The notes under the pieces were generated by a model, which saw only the letters and a program-made list of their open reading frames with translations, did not search any database and was not told where the DNA came from. Positions 1 through 7,041 of a stretch of 32,000 bases of DNA are shown in pieces (the first letter of the stretch is position 1; each line of letters starts with the position of its first letter). The DNA is from Candidatus Iainarchaeum sp. (lineage in GTDB: Archaea > Iainarchaeota > Iainarchaeia > Iainarchaeales > CSSED10-239): assembly GCA_937968065.1 (NCBI GenBank), contig CALBUD010000033.1, forward strand, positions 632 through 32,631, read 5' to 3'. The translations under genes and the position numbers were made by a program.

Positions 1-3000
1 CATCTTAAAAGAGAAGTTGAATCAACTAAGGTGTTATCTGATGAATCTTTTAATCTATAATAAACATTTAAAGGATTTGTGTTTCTTGTTTCAACTTCCA
101 TTAAAACAGGAATTGCTTTACTTGGACTAAATATTAAATCAATTATGTTTTCTTGATATTTAACAGATAAAACATTTCCTCTACTTTCAATTGAAGAATT
201 AATCTTATAAATATCATTTGTTTTTGTAATATTTACTGTTCTTAAAGCGTTTGAACCATAATCAGGTGTTGTTACAACATTTTCTTCATCAATTCTTATA
301 GTATCTCCAGTATATGTAACTCCATACCCTTGTCTATTATACCCTGAAGTTGTTTGTCCTACAAAACCATTAAATGGAAGTCTATAAAAAACACTATCTG
401 TTTCTGGAGAAGAAATAAAACCAAAGGTTACAAATGCTTCAGCATCAATTTCTCCATTTCTTTCAAAATTCCAAGAACTATTTTCAAATAAGAAATCTAT
501 TTTTATTCTATATTTTCCTGGAACATTAATATTTACATTATTTGTTTCATCTGAATATTGTTTTATAAATAATAAATTATTTTTGAAAAGTTTAGATAAA
601 TAACCATTATTAAAGGTGGTTGGAGATGACATTATTGAAGAAGAACCTATTTGAGAACCATCTTCTCTTGAAGCAAGACCACCATATGCAGCATCAAAAT
701 CATTTATAAAATTATTATTATATTTATCTGTTATTAAATAAACTTCAAACTCTAAAAGTTCTTTTAATCTTAAAATATCTTGTTCTGTCCATTGAGAAAC
801 AACATTATCAGGATACATCTCTTTATTAAACCACATATCAAGATAACTAATTCCATTTTCTTTAACAGTTGTTGCTGGAACTAAACAATCAGAAGTTTGA
901 GATTGCTCATAAATATCAAGTGAAACTAAAGAACTAAAACTATTATTAAAAGGATCACTATCCTCTCCAGAATAGATGATTGATAAAGAAAGATTTTCTC
1001 CAAGGATTGGAGTTGTTTCATAAAATTCTAAAATAACTTCTGTTGTGGTATCTCCTGAAGTTTGTTTTAGTTCAATTGGTATACTTGAAAGATTTCCTGT
1101 AATTTCTGTTAATTCATCTGTTGAAAAATCTCTAACATATGCTTTCTTTGGTAGTTTATTATCAAGACTTGCTGCTAAGTTTCCATTTTTATTATTTCCT
1201 GTTCTATTATCTAAAGATATTTTAACAATTAATTTTTCTTCAGAAGTTAAAATACTTACTTGATCAATTCCTGTTCTTGAAGCTGAAACATTATAATCTG
1301 CATTATATGGTTGTGCATCTTTAATATAATATGAACCAATTAAAGATTGACTTGCTAAAGATTCTGAACTTATAGGACAAGAAACTGGTTTTGAAGCTAT
1401 TAGTTCTTGTGCTTTATTAATTCTATTTAAAACAACTTGTGTTAATTGAGTTGCATCACAATAGTTTTCAGAACATTTATCTATATCTTCTAAAGACCAA
1501 GACCAATCAAGAGAGATGTTTGGAACAGCACCCTCTCCAGTTTTTCCAATCTTTCCTGTGTCTGTAACACAATCAAGAAGAGTTAAATCATAGTTTGGAG
1601 TTTCTTCTGGTTTTGATATAAAATATGCAAATCTAAATTTTCCTATATTTTCTGTATTTTTAAAAGCAGGATCTTGCATATCTATAGAATCATCTAATGT
1701 TGGATTAAAATCTATTGTTTTAAAGAAATATTTTTTTGAATTATTATTTATTTGTGTATAAAAATCATCAGAAAGATTAAATTGTAAAGGTTTTATACCT
1801 GCTTGTTCAGGCCAGATAACTTCATCTGCTCTACAGGTATATCTAAAGTCTGTTTCAAGTTCTATTTTGTTTCTAGTTGGTTTTGAACCATAACACTCGA
1901 TTGTGTGTGAAAGTTTTCCATCTTCAATAATTGGTTCAAAGATACCACTACAGTTTTGGTTTTTAATTATTTGTGCATCAAACTTATCAAAAATAAATCC
2001 TGGTTGGTTACATAAAGTATAGTTTGATAAAGAAAGATTAGCATTCTTTGTAAGTTTATTTTTTGATGCAGGGTCTGTCATGGTTATAAGATCATGGTAG
2101 GTTATATATCTTGAACCTGTAATATCAAAAATATTTATATAAGAGGTGCTTTCTGAAACATCATTTATTTGTATAATCTTTGTTTTTTCATGATTTGGTT
2201 TTGTATGTTTTTGTTCAATATCTAAAAATCTATTAACTATTAAAGGATATTCAAACTCATTTTTCCAACTAGTTGCAGCCCAAGAAACTAAAGCCCCAAC
2301 TCCAATAGCTGCCCAACCATAAGGCCCAATTCCTGCAAGAGCTGTGTAGATGGCAGTTGAACCTAAAGCGGTTCCAGCTGTTCCTGCAGCTGCTGCAGCA
2401 GCTGCTGTTGCTGCACTAACACCAATAGCTCCACTATAAACACCAATTGCAAGTGTTGAGGTTGTTAAAATTCCTCCAACCCAAGGAACCCACCCAACAT
2501 CTTCATCAATAACTGTTATATATGAAAGATCTCCAAGAGCTTTAAAATTCATTTTTTTAAAAGATTCATCATTTCTATTAAAATTACTTGATAAATATTC
2601 TACAAAAGTTGAGTTTTCAGAAGAAACAGCATTAACTGTTCTATAAGATAGATCCTCTTGACTTGTAGGAATCTCTTTAACATAATCCCATGGATTTTTT
2701 TCTGTATTATTATTATATAATCTTTTTATTTCAGAAACTTTATTTTCAGAAATTTCAATAAATGGATCTTCCATCCATAAACCTGTTTCATCTTTTGCAT
2801 TTATTTTTAAGATTGAAAATGAAGAAGTTATTGTTCTTCCAAAATTATTTTTAACAGAAATTAAATTATTAAGATAATAAGCACCAGGTGCTGTTTTTGA
2901 ATCTTTTCTTTTTATAGAAACAGTTTTTTCAGAATCATTTAAAGAAAATCTTAAAATATTTCTTTCTTCAATTCCTTCTATGATTAAATCTCTACATCCA

Positions 3001-6000
3001 TAATCATCACCATCACAAAGATTCATCTCAAAGGTTGCTTTTCCAACACATTCGTTTTTAATAGTTAGTTCTTTAGAGGAAAGATTTTCTAAAACAAATA
3101 ATCCTCCTTGATTTATTTTTCTTCCAGAATCATAATAAGAGAAACAATCTGTAAGATTCATAACAGAGATATTTGTTTTTAATAATAAATCATTTGGTGA
3201 TTTATTAACATATACAGCTCCCTCTTCAGTTTCAACTTCAGCATTAAAATAAATATTTGTTTTAATATCTGCAAACTTTATACCATTGGTGTTATAAGTT
3301 ATCTCTAAGGTATACTCTTCTTCAGGTCTTATTTCACTTACAACTGTTCTATAGTAGTTTTCTGATAGTTGCACTTGATTTCCAGAACCTGGACCAATAA
3401 CTCTTAAGAAATAAACACCATATCTATCTGCTTCTGAAACTATTTTTGCTTGTAGATTTTTAATTGATATAGGAGTTCTTCCTTCTTTTGAAAGACATGT
3501 GTTTTTAATACTTAGAGAGGTTGTTTGACTTGTTGTTGAAACAACAGTTGTCCATTCTCCAAGACCACCAGTAACAACTAAACAATCATCTGCAAACACA
3601 CCTGTTCCAACAGATAATTTAAGATTTACTGGAATATTAAATAAATAATCATAGTTATTTAAAGAAACTGTTCCTGTTAAAGAACCTATGATATTCTCAC
3701 TAACAGGATGTGTTCTTGCACTCTCTGAGGGTGCAAACTTAACTGTCATTTCTCTTGTTTGGTTTGCAGGTATTGTAAATCCAGATTGTATCTGGTTATT
3801 TATATAATTTTTAGTTTGTGCAAGGTTTAATAAATAAGATTTATTAAAAGAAATATCAATATCATTTATTTCTTTTAAAGTTAATGGATATTCTGTTTTG
3901 TTTTCTAAAGTCAAAGTATATAACTCTCCATCAATATCGTTTTTATGAATAAATGCTTGAAGAGGAGAATCACTTGTTATTTTTTGAGAGTTGTGTAAAA
4001 TATCAATAATATCTTTTGTTACTGTAAACTCAACAGGCTCTGCATAATATTTAGATTTTGTAGCTTCAATTACAAAGGTTTCATTATTTCTTAAAGCAGG
4101 AAGAGAAATATTTGCTTTTCCTTCTCTGTTTGTTTTTCTACCTGTTGATATTGTTAAGTATTCATTATTTATTTTTTGTAAAACATTTATATTTGCACCT
4201 TCTATTAAACCTCCTTGACTATCTTTAACAATAACTGTTAAAATAAAAGGAACTGAAGGTATTATGTTTCTTGGTTCATAATCAATAACCATAGTGTCAA
4301 TCTCTGTTGTTGAAAAGTTAATAGGTAAGGTGTAGATAACTTCATTGTCAGAGACAAGTCTTGTGACTAATTTTGACTGTCCAAGAATTAATGGAAACAA
4401 TCCTAAATTAAAACCAATTTCTGAAAAAGGAGAAAGATTTTCTTTTAAAAGCTCTGGAGTGTTAAAAGGAATATTAAAATTATTTTCTCCAATTGGTGTT
4501 TCTCCAATAGATGAAAACTCACCAAAGATTTCATAATTTTTAATGTTTACCATAGATGTAGGATTATCATCTTTATTTAAGTTTTTAACAGAAAGTCTTG
4601 AAGATGGATAGTTGTTTGAAGAGGAGTTTGTGATTATATATTCAAGAATATAATCTGAGTTAACTTTTAAAGGTACAAGATTATTTTCTTTAATATCATA
4701 TCTTAACCCTTCTAAAACATCCACATACTGTCCTGAAAAACAAAAAGTATCATTACATAAACTTTTAGCATCCACAAAATACTGAAGTTGTGTAAAATTA
4801 TTTCCTAAAAGATTAATATTTCCTTGAGAGGATGCATAAAAGAAAGAAACAAGATCATTTGTTTTAGCATTCTTTATTCTTATAGGAATATATATCTCAT
4901 GTGTTGATGCTGGAAAATTATTTACTTGTATGTTTACAAGTTTTGATTCTAAAAAATTACCTGATTCTGTAAAAGGTTCTTTCTCATAATAGATAGAAGT
5001 TCCTAAAGTACTATTTTCAGGCATTATAAAAACAATATCTTCTTTAACATCTTCATAACTACCAGCTCTTAAAGCAAAATTAAAACCTGTTGAAGAGGGT
5101 GGCATAATAACTTTAAATCTTAAATAAAAGACTTCATTATTTTTTAAAGATTCAACCTTTTGTTCTAAAGCATTATAAAGACCAAGATATTCAACAACTG
5201 TATCTTGTGCTTGACTTGCTCTTTCTAAAACAATTTCTTTTGTAACAGTTTTGTTTTTATAGATTCTAAAAACATCTGTAAAATATGGAAGATAACCATC
5301 AGTTTCAATAAGAACATATACTCTCTTATCTGCTTTTATATCTTTAGATATTCGTCCAATATTTGTTGCAATATCAGTTCCAAGCAATTCACCTGATTCA
5401 GAATAAAAAGTAACTAATGAATTTGAAACAACATCATCTGTTTTATTTTTAATTGAAAGATTTACAGTTCCTTTTCCAATAACAACAGGTAAAGAAACAT
5501 TAGTATCTTCAGGTGGTAAGTTTCTATATTTTGAAGAAATTTCTTCAATATATAAGTTTTTAGTCTTAATTGTAAAATCAATTTCAGGAATATTTTCAAA
5601 AACAGCAACTCCGTTTTCATCAGAAACTGCATAAGAAAATAAAGGATTAATAAAATCAGCATCTCCATCATAAATCCAACTTTTAATACCAATGACAGGT
5701 TTTAAATCTTCATCAAAAATAGAAACATATATGTTTGAAACATTACTTGGTGTTATTTTTTCAAGATTAATATTATAAACTTCTAAACTAGAAGTTATTG
5801 GTATTATTTGTCCAAGATATCCTTCAGCAACAGCTTTTAGAGAATAGTTTTTATTTTTATCTATCTTAAAAATAAAACCATCTTGCTTTTCTCTTTCATC
5901 TATATTTTCAGTTCCATCTAAAAGTAAAGTTACAACAGGATATAAAGAATCTTCTAAAACCTCACCTGTATCTTTATCTTTTACAAAAACAGTAATCTCT

Positions 6001-7019
6001 CTAAGCTCTATAGCTTGATTAGTATCAGGATCTATTAAAGGATTAGAAGTGTTTTGCATATCAATAGTTAGTTCAGAAAGATAATTTTTAAAAACTTCAA
6101 CTTCTTTTTCAGATGCAAGATAATTATTCATAACATCTGTTGCTTTAACAATATATTCTCCAACAGGTATACTTGAAAAAGAACCTTGTGAATTATTTGT
6201 TTGTATTGTTCTAATTGAAGTTACAGGATCATCTTTTGAAAATAATCTTAATGTTATTGAATCATAAATATATTCTTCTCCAGAAACAACCAAAACATTA
6301 ATTGATCCAACATCTGTAACAGGACCTCTTGGTGTTAATTTTATTATTGAATCTGAAAGTTTAACAAGTAAATTTTTTTCATTATATTTATCACTTGAGA
6401 CATCAGCATACATCAGGTTACAAGAAGAAGGAATTTCTATTGCTAAAGAACCAGTTGATGTTTTTGTAAGAGAAGAGGTTACAACTTCTCTATTATCACA
6501 AACAATTGAAACTAAAAGTTCATCTGTTATTTTTTGATTTGTTAAAGTATCTTCAAAATAAATTGTTTTTTTAAAAGAACTTGGAACTTTTAAAACTGTT
6601 AATATAAAATTAAAAGTATTTCTATCAAAAACAATTTCTGTTTCAAAAAAATCATAACCTTCTTTTTCAACAATAACAGTATATAACTTTTTTTTATCAA
6701 GAGAAATTGTAAAAGAACCATTGTTATTTGTTGTATATGTGTTTGTGGTTCCATCTGATAAATTTCTTATCTTAAAATCAAAATTACTTAAGATGTTATC
6801 TTCATTATCAGCAAACCTAATAGTTATGCTTGTAAGATCTGCTTTTTTTCCAATAAAGGAATTTCCAAAAATAAAATAAAGAATAATTAAGAAAATTAAT
6901 AAAAATAAAAAAAAAGAAGTTAAAGCAAACTTTTTATCCAAAGGTGCAGTAATCTTTTTAATTGGGATTCTATCATCTACTTTTGTTAAAAAGTTTTGCC
7001 AAGATTCTTTAAAAGACAT
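1..7019 (-). CDS. Giant N-terminally anchored surface protein, paralog D. The N-terminus is in the window and the C-terminus runs off the left edge (at least 2339 codons).
   Basis: Absent from the ORF track. The minus strand has ATG at 7019..7017, preceded in frame by TAA at 7025..7023. I translated it continuously to the left edge (last full codon 5..3) without meeting a stop. It begins MSFKESWQNFLTKVDDRIPIKKITAPLDKKFALTSFFLFLLIFLIILYFIFG and the last readable residues are YYRLKDSSDNTLVDSTSLLR. The track appears to list only start-to-stop ORFs, and it lists no fragments in this frame. The module order matches the other giants. Confidence 0.9.
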   Translation of the reverse strand, partial: MSFKESWQNFLTKVDDRIPIKKITAPLDKKFALTSFFLFLLIFLIILYFIFGNSFIGKKADLTSITIRFADNEDNILSNFDFKIRNLSDGTTNTYTTNNNGSFTISLDKKKLYTVIVEKEGYDFFETEIVFDRNTFNFILTVLKVPSSFKKTIYFEDTLTNQKITDELLVSIVCDNREVVTSSLTKTSTGSLAIEIPSSCNLMYADVSSDKYNEKNLLVKLSDSIIKLTPRGPVTDVGSINVLVVSGEEYIYDSITLRLFSKDDPVTSIRTIQTNNSQGSFSSIPVGEYIVKATDVMNNYLASEKEVEVFKNYLSELTIDMQNTSNPLIDPDTNQAIELREITVFVKDKDTGEVLEDSLYPVVTLLLDGTENIDEREKQDGFIFKIDKNKNYSLKAVAEGYLGQIIPITSSLEVYNINLEKITPSNVSNIYVSIFDEDLKPVIGIKSWIYDGDADFINPLFSYAVSDENGVAVFENIPEIDFTIKTKNLYIEEISSKYRNLPPEDTNVSLPVVIGKGTVNLSIKNKTDDVVSNSLVTFYSESGELLGTDIATNIGRISKDIKADKRVYVLIETDGYLPYFTDVFRIYKNKTVTKEIVLERASQAQDTVVEYLGLYNALEQKVESLKNNEVFYLRFKVIMPPSSTGFNFALRAGSYEDVKEDIVFIMPENSTLGTSIYYEKEPFTESGNFLESKLVNIQVNNFPASTHEIYIPIRIKNAKTNDLVSFFYASSQGNINLLGNNFTQLQYFVDAKSLCNDTFCFSGQYVDVLEGLRYDIKENNLVPLKVNSDYILEYIITNSSSNNYPSSRLSVKNLNKDDNPTSMVNIKNYEIFGEFSSIGETPIGENNFNIPFNTPELLKENLSPFSEIGFNLGLFPLILGQSKLVTRLVSDNEVIYTLPINFSTTEIDTMVIDYEPRNIIPSVPFILTVIVKDSQGGLIEGANINVLQKINNEYLTISTGRKTNREGKANISLPALRNNETFVIEATKSKYYAEPVEFTVTKDIIDILHNSQKITSDSPLQAFIHKNDIDGELYTLTLENKTEYPLTLKEINDIDISFNKSYLLNLAQTKNYINNQIQSGFTIPANQTREMTVKFAPSESARTHPVSENIIGSLTGTVSLNNYDYLFNIPVNLKLSVGTGVFADDCLVVTGGLGEWTTVVSTTSQTTSLSIKNTCLSKEGRTPISIKNLQAKIVSEADRYGVYFLRVIGPGSGNQVQLSENYYRTVVSEIRPEEEYTLEITYNTNGIKFADIKTNIYFNAEVETEEGAVYVNKSPNDLLLKTNISVMNLTDCFSYYDSGRKINQGGLFVLENLSSKELTIKNECVGKATFEMNLCDGDDYGCRDLIIEGIEERNILRFSLNDSEKTVSIKRKDSKTAPGAYYLNNLISVKNNFGRTITSSFSILKINAKDETGLWMEDPFIEISENKVSEIKRLYNNNTEKNPWDYVKEIPTSQEDLSYRTVNAVSSENSTFVEYLSSNFNRNDESFKKMNFKALGDLSYITVIDEDVGWVPWVGGILTTSTLAIGVYSGAIGVSAATAAAAAAAGTAGTALGSTAIYTALAGIGPYGWAAIGVGALVSWAATSWKNEFEYPLIVNRFLDIEQKHTKPNHEKTKIIQINDVSESTSYINIFDITGSRYITYHDLITMTDPASKNKLTKNANLSLSNYTLCNQPGFIFDKFDAQIIKNQNCSGIFEPIIEDGKLSHTIECYGSKPTRNKIELETDFRYTCRADEVIWPEQAGIKPLQFNLSDDFYTQINNNSKKYFFKTIDFNPTLDDSIDMQDPAFKNTENIGKFRFAYFISKPEETPNYDLTLLDCVTDTGKIGKTGEGAVPNISLDWSWSLEDIDKCSENYCDATQLTQVVLNRINKAQELIASKPVSCPISSESLASQSLIGSYYIKDAQPYNADYNVSASRTGIDQVSILTSEEKLIVKISLDNRTGNNKNGNLAASLDNKLPKKAYVRDFSTDELTEITGNLSSIPIELKQTSGDTTTEVILEFYETTPILGENLSLSIIYSGEDSDPFNNSFSSLVSLDIYEQSQTSDCLVPATTVKENGISYLDMWFNKEMYPDNVVSQWTEQDILRLKELLEFEVYLITDKYNNNFINDFDAAYGGLASREDGSQIGSSSIMSSPTTFNNGYLSKLFKNNLLFIKQYSDETNNVNINVPGKYRIKIDFLFENSSWNFERNGEIDAEAFVTFGFISSPETDSVFYRLPFNGFVGQTTSGYNRQGYGVTYTGDTIRIDEENVVTTPDYGSNALRTVNITKTNDIYKINSSIESRGNVLSVKYQENIIDLIFSPSKAIPVLMEVETRNTNPLNVYYRLKDSSDNTLVDSTSLLR
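2266..2500 (-). other. Internal Gly/Ala-rich hydrophobic segment of about 78 aa (2-3 potential TM spans) in paralog D, about 1500 aa from the N-terminal anchor.
   Basis: My translation reads VGWVPWVGGILTTSTLAIGVYSGAIGVSAATAAAAAAAGTAGTALGSTAIYTALAGIGPYGWAAIGVGALVSWAATSW. The DNA here is a conspicuous GC-rich island of gct/gca codons in an otherwise AT-rich gene. Confidence 0.75.
5225..6850 (-). other. Array of about 6 prealbumin/CarboxypepD_reg-like repeats in paralog D.
   Basis: From my translation, examples are ITIRFADNEDNILSNFDFKIRNLSDGTTNTYTTNNNGSFTISLDKKKLYTVIVEKEGYDFF and ITVFVKDKDTGEVLEDSLYPVVTLLLDG...KNKNYSLKAVAEGYLG. Boundaries are approximate. Confidence 0.55.
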
Positions 7020-7030
7020 GTTTTATACTT

Positions 7031-7035
7031 TCCTT
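7031..7035 (-). promoter_or_regulatory. Weaker SD-like AAGGA, 11 nt upstream of the paralog D ATG.
   Basis: The minus strand reads TCTAAAGGAAAGTATAAAACATG. The gap to the 962-aa gene stop is 22 nt. Confidence 0.4.
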
Positions 7036-7041
7036 TAGATT

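Noticed and set aside
5462-5692. Minus-strand 76-aa ORF in the track (MVLKVGFMMEMLILLILYF...).
   Set aside because: It is out of frame within the open giant reading frame 1..7019 and has an L/F/K-rich artefact-like sequence. The long frame explains the region.
1-7019. Reading the ORF-free stretch as non-coding DNA, a pseudogene or evidence of an alternative genetic code.
   Set aside because: One minus-strand frame is open throughout under the standard code and encodes a protein collinear with its paralogs. Elsewhere TGA acts as a stop (22088, followed in frame by TAA) and TAA ends the other genes. No recoding needs to be invoked.
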